DNA of 64,000 bases from Bdellovibrionales bacterium (GCA_015163875.1 JAAOIH010000004.1:11984-75983); one strand, 5' to 3'; shown: positions 1 to 10,045, counted from the stretch's first letter. Notes: a model not told the origin generated them from the letters alone. Numbers and translations: made by a program.

Positions 1-1
1 A

Positions 2-415
2 CATTTTTCTTTGGCAAAAGGTATTATTAGATATTCTTATTTAAATGCATGTTATGTTTGGAATAAGCCTGTTAAATTAAATAAAAAAGGATTGCATTCA
101 TTAACTAGTAAAAGTTATTCAGATAAAATATCTTTTAAGCTTTCTATTAATAAAATATATAATAGATCAAGAAGAGAAAGAATTAATTGTACATTTGCAA
201 GAAAAGATAACAGATTTTATTGGTTTGGATTACAATTTGCAAAATATTATAGAAGAGAGAACAGAAATCACAAGCCATCTTTGTTGCCTGATTATCTGTT
301 AAGCTATTCTTATAATAAATCTACAAGAGGTGTTTCTAGTGTAAAAAATTATAATACTTTTTTTAAATCACCAAGTATCGGAGAATGGTTTCATATTAAC
401 AATCCTTTAAAATAA
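2..415 (+). CDS. hypothetical protein, possibly 5'-truncated by the window edge
   Basis: ORF 11..415 (TTG at 11) stays open in frame back to base 2. Its stop lies immediately before the pyrE ATG (418), which suggests translational coupling. No motif recognised. Confidence 0.3.
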   Translation, partial: HFSLAKGIIRYSYLNACYVWNKPVKLNKKGLHSLTSKSYSDKISFKLSINKIYNRSRRERINCTFARKDNRFYWFGLQFAKYYRRENRNHKPSLLPDYLLSYSYNKSTRGVSSVKNYNTFFKSPSIGEWFHINNPLK

Positions 416-417
416 AA

Positions 418-942
418 ATGACTAAAGAAGATTTAAAGCAAAATATTTATAATGCATCTTATTTAACAGGAAAATTTTTACTTAGATCAGGGCAATACTC
501 TTCTGAATATTTTGATAAATATAGATTTGAATCAGATCCTTTTTTGTTAAAATCAGTGGCAAATGAATTAAAAAATTTAATTCCAAGTAATACAGACATT
601 TTAGCAGGACTAGAAATGGGAGCTATACCTATTGCCGCAGCAATTTCTATGGAGTTAAATTTACCATGTGTATTTGTCAGAAAAGAGGCTAAAAAATACG
701 GAACTAGCAAAATTATAGAAGGCATAGATATAAAAGACAAAAATGTTTGTATCATTGAAGATGTTATTACAACTGGAGGCCAGGTCTTATTAAGTTTAGA
801 AGATTTACGAAAAGATGGAGCAAGAGTTAATACGGTTGTTTGTGTAATTGACAGAAGCATATCGCCTATACAAAAATTTGCTGACAAAAATTTACATATA
901 AAAAGTTTATTTACAAAAAAAGATTTTGATAGTTGTAAATAA
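418..942 (+). CDS. pyrE: orotate phosphoribosyltransferase
   Basis: Short-type PyrE pattern: FLLRSGQYSSEYFD, VFVRKEAKKYGT and the PRPP-binding loop VCIIEDVITTGG. Confidence 0.9.
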   Translation: MTKEDLKQNIYNASYLTGKFLLRSGQYSSEYFDKYRFESDPFLLKSVANELKNLIPSNTDILAGLEMGAIPIAAAISMELNLPCVFVRKEAKKYGTSKIIEGIDIKDKNVCIIEDVITTGGQVLLSLEDLRKDGARVNTVVCVIDRSISPIQKFADKNLHIKSLFTKKDFDSCK

Positions 943-974
943 AATATTTAAATATTTTATTTACAAGCTTTGGC

Positions 975-2393
975 TTATTTATTTAATAGTAATTTAAGAA
1001 ATTTTCTTCTCCAGCTTAATGCTTTTAAAGTGTCTTTTGCTTTTCCATTAAATATCCATGTTACTAGCAACTCTTCTTTTTTTCCAGCTTTAACAAATCC
1101 AGAAAATGCAACAACTGCATTTAGCAAGCCAGTCTTTCCCCTAATAGATTGATTAGGCTTAACAAAATTATAACTTTTTAAAGTTCCGTCTACACCTGCT
1201 AAAGAAAAAGCACTTAACAGCTCTGGTGAGTACTTGTGATTTTTTATATATTTTAATAGTTTTAATATAGTACTAGCTTTTAATTTATTTTTTCTAGATA
1301 AGCCAGAAGGATTAAAAAAATAAATACTTTGATCTCCCCTGCCTATTTTTTGAAAAGTTTTTTTAATTCTTAAGTTATAATTACTAAACTGAGAACTTAG
1401 CATATCTGTAATATAATTATTAGAAAACTTTAACATATCAGAAATTAACAAAGGCAGAGGTTTGCTTTTTACTTCTGCTATTTTTTTATATTTATATAAA
1501 TCTGTATTATTAAAATTTTTAATTTTTATTTTTCCCTTAATACTAATGCCTTGTTTTTTTAAAAAGATGCGTAGATAACTACCTAGCCACAGCTCTGGAT
1601 TGCTTATATTTTTATACGCAATAAAGTCTTTTGATTTTGTTCCAATAACTCCACTAAGAATTAATATATTTTTTTTATTTTTAATAAGTCTTTTAATGTG
1701 AATATTGCTTCTTTTGCCAGCTACACTTTGTATATTGTTTCTTATTTTTAAAAATTTTGTTTTATATGGGTCAATAATAATATTAGCCTTTCTTCCTGCA
1801 GAAGAAGCCCTTACTTTAAGACTAAGGCTGTTCCAATTAAAAGAGCTTGGTGAAATTAAAGCTTCGTAAGCTCTGTCTCCCCTAGGCCTTTTATTATCTT
1901 TTTTAATATTGTATTTAAAAAATTTTTTAAAAATTACAAGATCGCCTTTTATTGTTATAATATTTGAATGAGAAAATATTCTTACTAAATTCCACATAGA
2001 TTCCGAAACAAAAGCAGGATCTCCACCTCCGTTAAAATAAAGACTTCCGTTTAATTGGTTTTTTATTATATTACTAGATTTTTTTTTCAATAAAGAGCTA
2101 GTAAATTTTTTTTTAATTCCCCATTCATCTAAAGCTGCTAAGGCTATAACTATTTTATTTAAAGAGGCTGGTGTAAAATATTTTTCAGCATTATGATTAA
2201 TACTAAATGACTCAATAGGGTTTTTAGACTCAATTGCAAATGACAAATTAGATGGATTAATTTTATTTTTAGTAATAAATTTTTGTATTTTTTTATCTAA
2301 GCTTTTTTTTGTCCAATAAAATCCTGGATTTGGTAAATTAATAAACTGAGCATTTGTTATAACAGAAAAAAGTAAAAAGCTAAAAAATAAAAT
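975..2393 (-). CDS. dacB: D-alanyl-D-alanine carboxypeptidase/endopeptidase, PBP4 family (S13); start codon uncertain
   Basis: SxxK motif (PASLNK), SxN-like SNNYITD and KTG (RGKTGLL). Overall collinear with my recollection of E. coli DacB. Signal-peptide core ILFFSFLLFSVITNA|Q. The six-frame ORF extends to 2483 only by translating a tRNA gene. Confidence 0.8.
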   Translation of the reverse strand: MLFFSFLLFSVITNAQFINLPNPGFYWTKKSLDKKIQKFITKNKINPSNLSFAIESKNPIESFSINHNAEKYFTPASLNKIVIALAALDEWGIKKKFTSSLLKKKSSNIIKNQLNGSLYFNGGGDPAFVSESMWNLVRIFSHSNIITIKGDLVIFKKFFKYNIKKDNKRPRGDRAYEALISPSSFNWNSLSLKVRASSAGRKANIIIDPYKTKFLKIRNNIQSVAGKRSNIHIKRLIKNKKNILILSGVIGTKSKDFIAYKNISNPELWLGSYLRIFLKKQGISIKGKIKIKNFNNTDLYKYKKIAEVKSKPLPLLISDMLKFSNNYITDMLSSQFSNYNLRIKKTFQKIGRGDQSIYFFNPSGLSRKNKLKASTILKLLKYIKNHKYSPELLSAFSLAGVDGTLKSYNFVKPNQSIRGKTGLLNAVVAFSGFVKAGKKEELLVTWIFNGKAKDTLKALSWRRKFLKLLLNK

Positions 2394-2479
2394 GGTACGG
2401 ATAGGGAGACTTGAACTCCCATGGTGTTGCCACCGGTGGATTTTGAATCCACTACGTCTACCAATTCCGCCATATCCGC
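2393..2479 (-). tRNA. tRNA-Leu (anticodon CAA), class II with long variable arm, CCA encoded
   Basis: Minus-strand read: GCGGATA acceptor pairing with TATCCGT plus A-CCA. Anticodon stem GTGGA/TCCAC with loop TTCAAAA. T-arm GGGAGTTCAAGTCTCCC. Long variable arm. Confidence 0.9.
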
Positions 2480-2486
2480 ACATAGG

Positions 2487-3494
2487 TTATAGTTTTATTA
2501 AATTTTGGTTTGTATAAATTTGTAAATCCTTGCTGTGGCTCTTAAGCCAAGACTGCATTGCCACCTGCTGTCTTTGCCGTGCAAACCATTTATTTAGCAT
2601 ATTAAAAGAAGCCTTTTTATTTTTTTTAGCCTTTTTAATAGCCCTTACATAAATTAAATAATAGGAGGATTTATGAAAAATTAATTTATTTACAAAAGTT
2701 TTGGACCTAGTGTTTAAAATATTTTTATAAGCTAATTTATTTTGCCCTAATATAGGGAGGTAAGAACTTAGCAAAGAAACTTTATCTGATTTAGATAATT
2801 TTATTTTATTCTTTTTTGTCCAGTTTTTAATATTTTTAGAGCTACCCGTTTTTAATAGCTGTTTAATTGTTGTAACTTTTTTATCAAAAACCTTAATTAA
2901 AGCTGTTTTTTTATTATCTGGTTTTTTAATTTCAAAAAAATCTAAATCAACCTGCATATCTAATAATGAGTCTTTAAGCTTTTGCTCTAAAGTTACAATT
3001 TTAGTTGCCTGCCCTATCCAGTTAACAAAATTTTGATAAGCTAAAGATTTTTCTATTTGAGATTCAAAGCTATCTGGAGTTTGTCCAATAGATTTTAACA
3101 AAGACTCATAACGAGTTCTTTTAAATTGACCATTTTCTGAAAATGCAGGTGTAGAAACTACCTGATCTATAACAGACCCAGGGGATACATAAAATCCAGA
3201 TTCTGCCAAAGAAACATAGATTACATTTAGTTGCACCAGTTCATTTAATAATTGCTGTTTTAATCTAGATTGTGCCAATCGTCTTTTTTTAGAAGATTTA
3301 GCCTGAATTGATGATTGCCTTTTGCTTGCAGACCTAACAATATTGTTAAAACTGACTGTGCTTACAACTTCGTTATTAACTGACAATGCGATTCCTCTAC
3401 CAGCTCCCCCTCCCAAAAAAGAAGGAGTTAGTCCAAAAAATGCAAATGCCAAAACAATAACTCCAGAAATTAGCATAAAAATAATTTTTTTCAT
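2487..3494 (-). CDS. PpiD-like periplasmic chaperone (SurA N-terminal-type domain, no parvulin domain)
   Basis: N-terminal TM anchor followed by FLGGGAGRGIALSVNNEVVS and STPAFSENGQFKRTRYESLL, which parallels the E. coli PpiD N-terminus. At 335 aa it is too short to carry the PPIase domain. Confidence 0.65.
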   Translation of the reverse strand: MKKIIFMLISGVIVLAFAFFGLTPSFLGGGAGRGIALSVNNEVVSTVSFNNIVRSASKRQSSIQAKSSKKRRLAQSRLKQQLLNELVQLNVIYVSLAESGFYVSPGSVIDQVVSTPAFSENGQFKRTRYESLLKSIGQTPDSFESQIEKSLAYQNFVNWIGQATKIVTLEQKLKDSLLDMQVDLDFFEIKKPDNKKTALIKVFDKKVTTIKQLLKTGSSKNIKNWTKKNKIKLSKSDKVSLLSSYLPILGQNKLAYKNILNTRSKTFVNKLIFHKSSYYLIYVRAIKKAKKNKKASFNMLNKWFARQRQQVAMQSWLKSHSKDLQIYTNQNLIKL

Positions 3495-3608
3495 AAAATC
3501 GCCCTTAAGGATTACTTGAATTTTTACTAACCTTTGGTATTTTAAACAATAAGAGCTTTATAATGCAAGAACTTTAAAACTAAAATTTCTATATATTTAA
3601 ATAAACCT

Positions 3609-4430
3609 ATGCCGTCTATTGTTAAAAGTAAAATTGTCATGTTTAGCCTAGTCTTAATTGTTGGGCTAAGCTTGTATAATTATAAAAAATACTTTCAATC
3701 TGTGTTAGACAACACAACATATCATTTTAATAGCAGCTTATCTTTTCTTCCAAGCGTTTTGTATCAAATTCCAATAGGTTTATACAGGGCGATAAAAAAA
3801 TATAGCTTGCTACTTGCGATTAAAGAAAATAACAGAAAACTTTTAACACAAAATAAAGAGCTATTTATTAAATTGCAAAGTCAGCTAGAAGTACAACAAG
3901 AAAATAATAGATTAAAGCAATTGCTTGGTTTAAAAATTACAAAAGATTCAAATTTAACAGTGGCAAAGGTAACTAGTATTGATATTTTTGATCAATACTT
4001 ATCAATTAATATTAACAAAGGCTTTAATGACGGAATAAATAAATTAAATGGAGTTTTAAGTCACAGCGGAGTTGTTGGAATTGTAAAAAATGTTTACAAA
4101 CATACATCACAAATTATTTTACTATTGTCTAATAAAATATCTATAGACAGCATTAACCAAAGATCAAGGGCTAGAACTTTAATTACAGGCTATAAAAATG
4201 GTTTTTATACTTTAATCTACCCTCAAGAATCTATTCTTTTTTCTGAAAAGCTTAAAAAGGGGGATTTGTTTATTAGCTCTGGATTACAAAAAACTTTTCC
4301 ATCAGGCTTGCATATTGGAAGAGTTTTTAAAATTACTGAAACAAAACTAAATAAAAACATAATAGTACTAATTAAACCTACGGTTTCTTTTAATACATTA
4401 GAAGAAGTTTTTATTGTAAAAAAACCTTAA
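3609..4430 (+). CDS. mreC: rod shape-determining protein MreC
   Basis: N-terminal TM helix, coiled coil with ENNRLKQLLGLK, C-terminal beta-rich domain, and a position upstream of mreD/mrdA/rodA. Confidence 0.85.
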   Translation: MPSIVKSKIVMFSLVLIVGLSLYNYKKYFQSVLDNTTYHFNSSLSFLPSVLYQIPIGLYRAIKKYSLLLAIKENNRKLLTQNKELFIKLQSQLEVQQENNRLKQLLGLKITKDSNLTVAKVTSIDIFDQYLSININKGFNDGINKLNGVLSHSGVVGIVKNVYKHTSQIILLLSNKISIDSINQRSRARTLITGYKNGFYTLIYPQESILFSEKLKKGDLFISSGLQKTFPSGLHIGRVFKITETKLNKNIIVLIKPTVSFNTLEEVFIVKKP

Positions 4431-4431
4431 T

Positions 4432-4968
4432 ATGCATTATTTAAAATCTTATTTTTTAATTAGTCTTATTTTATATTTTTGCATTAGCTTGCAAATTATT
4501 TTGTGGTTTTATATTTTTCCTTTTTCTCCTGCGCCTCAAATATGGATTAGTTTTTTAGTATATTCGTCACTTTACACTAATAAAAAATCTATACTTGCTA
4601 TGTCTTTAATTATAAGTTTTTTATTAATGCCTTATACTATTTTTAAAGGATTTCCGCTTTTTTTTAGTATATGTAGCTATGGATATATTATTTTTTATGC
4701 CAGAACTTCAATGTTAGCATCTAGTATAAAATCTTTTTTTATATTTTCTTTATTTGGGTTTATTATAATAAAAATATTTTACTCTGCATATAGCACTAGC
4801 AGCTTTACTTTTAACTTAGGGCAAGCTTTAAATATGTATAATATTTATATTAGCTTACTTACCGGAATTTTAAGTTTATTATTTTTTTATATATTTAAAA
4901 AAATAAAACTATTTGCTGAGATTTCTGATTACTCGCCTTCTACAAATAAAGCAATAGGTCGAATATAA
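4432..4968 (+). CDS. mreD: rod shape-determining protein MreD
   Basis: 178-aa polytopic membrane protein lying directly between mreC and mrdA (1-2 nt gaps). Confidence 0.7.
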   Translation: MHYLKSYFLISLILYFCISLQIILWFYIFPFSPAPQIWISFLVYSSLYTNKKSILAMSLIISFLLMPYTIFKGFPLFFSICSYGYIIFYARTSMLASSIKSFFIFSLFGFIIIKIFYSAYSTSSFTFNLGQALNMYNIYISLLTGILSLLFFYIFKKIKLFAEISDYSPSTNKAIGRI

Positions 4969-4970
4969 AA

Positions 4971-6851
4971 ATGAGTGCTAATACAAAACATTGGACCAGC
5001 AGATATAAAGATTTTTTTATTTATTTAAAAATAGGATTGCTACTATTAACTGCCAGGTTATTTTATCTACAAATTATAAAGGGCGTAGATTTTAAATCTT
5101 TTTCTGATTCAAATTATATAAAAATTCAAAATATTGCGCCAACAAGAGGTTTAATTTTAGATAGAAATAATAAACTACTAGTTAAAAATTTATCTACTTA
5201 TCAAGTTACACTTAGGCCTTCAAACAACAGCTTAGAAAGTCTAAAAAAACTTGGACTGGTTATAGGTATCTCGACAAAAGAAATTAAAAAAATTATTGTA
5301 TCTTATAAAAAAAATATATCTAGGTATCAAGACATACCCATTAAAAGTCATTTAAATTTAACAGAAATTAATATAATTCAAAATCTTGCACTTAGTTATC
5401 CTAATATTGTGTTAAGCCAGCACACTTACAGATATTCTTTAATGAAGGACAATGCGTCTCAATTGTTTGGGTTGGTTAGAAAAAATTCTAATAAAAAAAA
5501 ATTATCTAATGATCATGTAGGAGAAAGTGGTTTAGAAAAAATTTGGGACAGTGTTTTATTTGGAAAGAACGGTTATAATATTTTAGAGGTGGACTCAAAA
5601 GGAAGAGAGTCAGATTCTAAATTTAGTTCTTTTAAACTTAAAAGCGAAGCTGCCACACCTGGTAACAATATTGTTTTAACATTAGATAAAGAAATACAAG
5701 ATGTAGCATTTAAAAGTTTTAACAGAAAAGATTCGATAGGCCCAAGAACTGGTGCTTTAATTGCAATGAAAACTAATGGAGAAATTATAGCTTGGGTTAG
5801 CTCCCCCTCCTATAACAACAATTTATTTTCTAAAAAAATTGAATTTGATTTATGGAATAAATTATCTAAACACCCTGGCAAACCTTTAATTAATAAAGTT
5901 TTACAAAACTATTACTCACCAGGCTCAACATTTAAACCTATTGTTGCTTTAGCTGCATTAGAAAAAGAAGTTATAACCGAAGATAGCCTTTTAAACACTC
6001 CGTCATATTTAAAATATGGCAACAGGTTTTTTCATAATCACTCTAAAATTAATCATGGAAACATTAACCTTGAAACTGCGTTAGAGATTTCTAACAATGT
6101 ATTTTTTTATCAATTAGGAATTGATTTAGGAATTGATATCATGTCATATTATGCAAAAAAATTAGGCCTGGGTTTAAAAACAAATATAGCTCTACCTTAT
6201 GAAAAAAAAGGATTAATTCCTGATAAAAAATGGAAAAAAAAATACACAAACAAAAAGTGGCAAAAAGGCGAAAATTTAGTACATGCAATTGGACAAGGTT
6301 ATACTTTGGCCACTCCATTACAAATGCTTATTAGTTATAATACTATTGCAACAAATGGTATTGTAGTAAAACCTTTGTTAGTAAAAAGTATTATTAACAA
6401 TGAAGGAAAAATTTTAAAAAAGTTTAAAACAGAAATAAAAAATAATCTTTTAGAAGAGGGCTTTAAGAAAAAAAATTTTGAAATTATTAAAAAAGGTTTA
6501 TTTAAAGTAACTAATGGTAAAAGAGGTACTGCTCATTGGTGGAAACTAAAAAATTATAAATTTTCTGGAAAAACAGGAACAGTTCAAATACGATCTTTTT
6601 CAAAAAAAAATATATATACAAATTGTCCAAAGCTTCCGTTAAAAGATCGACACCATGGTTGGTTTATAGGTTTTGCGCCTGCTGATAATCCTGTAATTAC
6701 TGTTGCAGTGTTGACAGAGCATTCATGTCATGGGTCAACTGGAAGTACGCCACTTGCAAGAGATGTAATGCAGGCTTATTTAAACAAATACCCTCCAGAG
6801 AAAAATAATTTAAAAATTTTTGATTCTTATAAAAATAAAAAAGGTTTATAA
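4971..6851 (+). CDS. mrdA: penicillin-binding protein 2 (elongasome transpeptidase)
   Basis: STFKP (SxxK), SNN (SxN) and KTGT motifs, an N-terminal TM helix, and ATGA overlap with rodA. Confidence 0.9.
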   Translation: MSANTKHWTSRYKDFFIYLKIGLLLLTARLFYLQIIKGVDFKSFSDSNYIKIQNIAPTRGLILDRNNKLLVKNLSTYQVTLRPSNNSLESLKKLGLVIGISTKEIKKIIVSYKKNISRYQDIPIKSHLNLTEINIIQNLALSYPNIVLSQHTYRYSLMKDNASQLFGLVRKNSNKKKLSNDHVGESGLEKIWDSVLFGKNGYNILEVDSKGRESDSKFSSFKLKSEAATPGNNIVLTLDKEIQDVAFKSFNRKDSIGPRTGALIAMKTNGEIIAWVSSPSYNNNLFSKKIEFDLWNKLSKHPGKPLINKVLQNYYSPGSTFKPIVALAALEKEVITEDSLLNTPSYLKYGNRFFHNHSKINHGNINLETALEISNNVFFYQLGIDLGIDIMSYYAKKLGLGLKTNIALPYEKKGLIPDKKWKKKYTNKKWQKGENLVHAIGQGYTLATPLQMLISYNTIATNGIVVKPLLVKSIINNEGKILKKFKTEIKNNLLEEGFKKKNFEIIKKGLFKVTNGKRGTAHWWKLKNYKFSGKTGTVQIRSFSKKNIYTNCPKLPLKDRHHGWFIGFAPADNPVITVAVLTEHSCHGSTGSTPLARDVMQAYLNKYPPEKNNLKIFDSYKNKKGL

Positions 6852-7966
6852 TGATTTTACAACAACCTACAACTAATATTTTATATAGATTAAATTTAAA
6901 ACTAATTTTTACAATTATTGCTTTGCAAATTTTTGGACTAATAGTTTTATATAGTGCCAGCTATAATAGTTTAAAAATAGGTTTAGAAATAATTTTTTTT
7001 AAACAGTTAGCTTGGATGTCTATAGGCTGGATTTGTTTTTTTATTTTTACCTTTATACAGCCAAAAGTATTTTTTAAATTAGCCTACCCTCTTTATTTTT
7101 TTAATATTTTACTTTTAATTATTACCCTTAAAGAGGGAGTTTCTTTTTATGGCGCAAAAAGATGGTTAAAAATTTTTTCATTTTATTTACAAAGCTCAGA
7201 AATAATGAAGTTAAGCATTGTATTAGTTTTGGCAAAATTACTTTCTACTTATAATATAAATAACAAACTTAATTTTAAACAACTTATAAAACCGTTAATA
7301 TTACTCGTGCTTCCTTTTTTATTAATAATTAAACAGCCAGACTTAGGGACTGCTTTAATTATTTTAAGCATTGGTGCATCTATGTTAATTTTTTTTACAT
7401 TAGAATATAAAGTAATTATTATAACCGGCATATCAATATTAATTTGCACTCCACTGGCTTGGAATTTTGTTCTTAAGCCTTATCAACAAAAACGAATTAT
7501 CACCTTTATACAGCCTCATAAAGACCCAAAAGGTATCGGATATAATAGCATACAATCACAAATTGCCATTGGAAGTGGACAAATATATGGAAAAGGTTTT
7601 AAAAAAGGAACGCAGTCTCAACTTCATTTTATTCCAGAAAGACATTCTGATTTTATCTTTAGTGTTTTAAGCGAGGAGTTTGGATTTATTGGATCCTGCT
7701 TATGTATTTTTTTATTTTTTTTATTATTTTCTATTTGCCTGCAAATAGCGGTCACAAGTTTAAGTGGTTTTTCTAGTTTGTGCGTAATTGGAGTAACTTC
7801 TTTTATTTTTTGGCAAGTTTTTATTAACATAGGAATGGTAACAGGAATACTTCCAATAGTAGGAACTCCGTTGCCATTTTTTTCATATGGAGGGTCTAGT
7901 ATTATTAGTATTAGTGCTGCTCTAGGAATACTTTCTTCTATTTCGTACCATATGCGAATTTTTTAA
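6851..7966 (+). CDS. rodA: peptidoglycan glycosyltransferase RodA (SEDS family)
   Basis: FtsW/RodA/SpoVE pattern: QPDLGTA, IPERHSDFIF, PLPFFSYGGSS. Confidence 0.9.
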   Translation: MILQQPTTNILYRLNLKLIFTIIALQIFGLIVLYSASYNSLKIGLEIIFFKQLAWMSIGWICFFIFTFIQPKVFFKLAYPLYFFNILLLIITLKEGVSFYGAKRWLKIFSFYLQSSEIMKLSIVLVLAKLLSTYNINNKLNFKQLIKPLILLVLPFLLIIKQPDLGTALIILSIGASMLIFFTLEYKVIIITGISILICTPLAWNFVLKPYQQKRIITFIQPHKDPKGIGYNSIQSQIAIGSGQIYGKGFKKGTQSQLHFIPERHSDFIFSVLSEEFGFIGSCLCIFLFFLLFSICLQIAVTSLSGFSSLCVIGVTSFIFWQVFINIGMVTGILPIVGTPLPFFSYGGSSIISISAALGILSSISYHMRIF

Positions 7967-8022
7967 TACAAAATAGCTTAATTAGCTTTTAGCATAGGTT
8001 TTTATTTTGCTTTGTAAGCCAA

Positions 8023-8898
8023 ATGAACACTACTCAAAATCCACTTTTATTATTAGCGTCTTTAAGTTGGCATAATATAAATTTAACACCTAAATGTTTT
8101 TTAAAACTTTTAAAAGATTATAAAAAATATCAATTTCCTATGTCAGATACATGGAAGTATATTCCTTTAAAATTACAAGAAAAATTAAAAGCAAAGCCTA
8201 ATTGGTGGCACAACTCTGAAGAACAAATTTTATGGTCTGTAAAATATGGAATCAAATTTACATATCCTGGGCATCACAACTACCCCTCTCAATTAATAAT
8301 GAATTTAAAACATAGCCCGCTTTTATCTTATATAGGAAGACCTATAAGCCAAGACACTCACCCACTACTTGCTGTTGTTGGAAGTCGCAGGCCTAGTCAA
8401 GATAGTTTACATTGGATGGACTCAGTCTTAGGTCCTGTTATAAAAAATAACAACATACATTGCATTAGCGGAGGGGCACAAGGCATAGACCAGCATAGTC
8501 ATAAAATTAGTATCAGAAACAACGCCCCCACTGTTGCCTTTATACCAACTGGTTTTAAAAATATTTATCCGCAATCATTTAAAAGTTATATAAAAGCTAT
8601 TCAAAAAAGTGGAGGCAGTGTGGTTAGTTTATTTGCCCCAGATGTTCCTTTATTTAAATACAATTTTCATAAAAGAAATTTATTAATAGCTAGTCTTGCA
8701 TCACATATCTTAATGATTGTTGGGCAAAAAAAAAGTGGAAGTTTATTAACTGCAAATCTTGGATTACAATTAAATAAAGAAATAGGAACTATACCTCAGT
8801 CTCCGTGGAGTATGTTTTCTGGAAATATTGAATTAATAAAACAAGGTTCTCAAATTTTAACAACTCAAGAAGATTTATGCACTTGGCTTAAGGTTTAA
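8023..8898 (+). CDS. dprA: DNA-processing protein DprA (Smf)
   Basis: Rossmann-like core AVVGSRRPS ... ISGGAQGIDQHSH typical of DprA. Confidence 0.85.
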   Translation: MNTTQNPLLLLASLSWHNINLTPKCFLKLLKDYKKYQFPMSDTWKYIPLKLQEKLKAKPNWWHNSEEQILWSVKYGIKFTYPGHHNYPSQLIMNLKHSPLLSYIGRPISQDTHPLLAVVGSRRPSQDSLHWMDSVLGPVIKNNNIHCISGGAQGIDQHSHKISIRNNAPTVAFIPTGFKNIYPQSFKSYIKAIQKSGGSVVSLFAPDVPLFKYNFHKRNLLIASLASHILMIVGQKKSGSLLTANLGLQLNKEIGTIPQSPWSMFSGNIELIKQGSQILTTQEDLCTWLKV

Positions 8899-8928
8899 AA
8901 TTGAATCAGTTTTAATGCTTAATAAGCT

Positions 8929-10041
8929 TTAAAAAGATAGCATTCTTTCAGAAAGTGGCATAACTATTTTTCTTTTACAATAAAGCCATGCACAAATAAT
9001 TATAATCCATAAATTTGGTATTAAATAAATAAAATGTGCTGTTGCCAATCCTTTTTGCGACCAGCCCAGACACAAAGAATACAGCAGCCAAAACACAGAC
9101 ACAATAAAAAATGCTACAATAGATTGTCCATTTTTTTTAAAAAAATTCATAGGTAAAAGCATCCATGCAAGTAATGAAAAAGACAAACATGCTAAAATTA
9201 AATTAATAGATTTATATTTATATATAATTTTTTTTTGTATATTTTTGTAAATCAAATTATCTTTAGCATTTAAATCTAGTAGAGTGTAATATTTTAAATG
9301 AGGGTTAACAGATGTAGGCGCTAATGACTGTAAAAGTATTTGTGCTTTGTCAAAAGTATACAAAAAAGGATTTTTAGAATTTAAATTATATGCAGTTCCT
9401 TTGCGTATATCTAATATCAGGTCTCTTTTAAGGTTTTCTTTTTTTAAAAAAGTTCGTGATTTTTTAGCAGATATAGATATATTATTTTTTTTATTAGGAA
9501 GAAATACAAAAATTTTTTTAAAAAAATCATTAGAAGATTTATCTTTTGCATAAAATAAACTATTTTTAATTCCAAATTGAAACACTTCTGATTTTATATT
9601 TTGATATATTGTCATATTAAATTGATTGCGCATTAACTTTAATTTATAAGATGCCATTGGTTTTAAAAAAAAATTAATTTGAATACTAAACAAAAGCACA
9701 ATGCCTGCTAAAACAATAATTGGATAAAAAAATATTTTTAAGTTTAACATATAACTTAAAAAAAATTCATTATTTACAAAAAGATCATTGTAAACAAAAA
9801 GTACTGCAATCAACAAGCTTATAGAAAGCACCGTTGGCAAAAATATAAAAAAATCTACTCCCAAATAAATAATAAAGTCTAAAAAAGACACTCCGTTAGA
9901 AATATATTCAAAAAGTTTTAAAATTTCAAAAATATAAAAAACACAACAAAAGATTGAAATAATTAATAAAAATTTTTTTATTAATTTATTAAAAATATAC
10001 AAAAAAAATTCTGCTTTGGAGCTTTGCAAAAAATTTAACAT
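8929..10041 (-). CDS. LptF/LptG-family LPS export permease (YjgP/YjgQ)
   Basis: Family architecture: 3 N-terminal TM helices, a periplasmic beta-jellyroll region, then C-terminal TM helices. The N-terminal pattern resembles YjgP/YjgQ. Confidence 0.65.
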   Translation of the reverse strand: MLNFLQSSKAEFFLYIFNKLIKKFLLIISIFCCVFYIFEILKLFEYISNGVSFLDFIIYLGVDFFIFLPTVLSISLLIAVLFVYNDLFVNNEFFLSYMLNLKIFFYPIIVLAGIVLLFSIQINFFLKPMASYKLKLMRNQFNMTIYQNIKSEVFQFGIKNSLFYAKDKSSNDFFKKIFVFLPNKKNNISISAKKSRTFLKKENLKRDLILDIRKGTAYNLNSKNPFLYTFDKAQILLQSLAPTSVNPHLKYYTLLDLNAKDNLIYKNIQKKIIYKYKSINLILACLSFSLLAWMLLPMNFFKKNGQSIVAFFIVSVFWLLYSLCLGWSQKGLATAHFIYLIPNLWIIIICAWLYCKRKIVMPLSERMLSF

Positions 10042-10045
10042 AAAT

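Noticed and set aside
459-887. Antisense ORFs of 60-140 aa inside well-supported genes (this one in pyrE; also 970..1152, 3322..3519, 7249..7830, 9347..9553, 18839..19210, 22370..22776, 25352..25540, 35773..35970, 38102..38350, 41261..41521, 42237..42473, 45800..46439, 52453..52701, 53887..54222, 55655..55855, 58109..58345, 59111..59350, 62839..63939)
   Set aside because: Each lies wholly within a longer ORF that carries clear family motifs. They show low-complexity AT-driven sequence and no RBS or motif support.
2394-2483. N-terminal 30 aa (MCGYGGIGRRSGFKIHRWQHHGSSSLPIRT) of the 502-aa six-frame ORF
   Set aside because: This stretch is a well-folded class II tRNA-Leu gene read as protein. 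I trimmed the CDS to 975..2393, and the oddity is reported as a finding.
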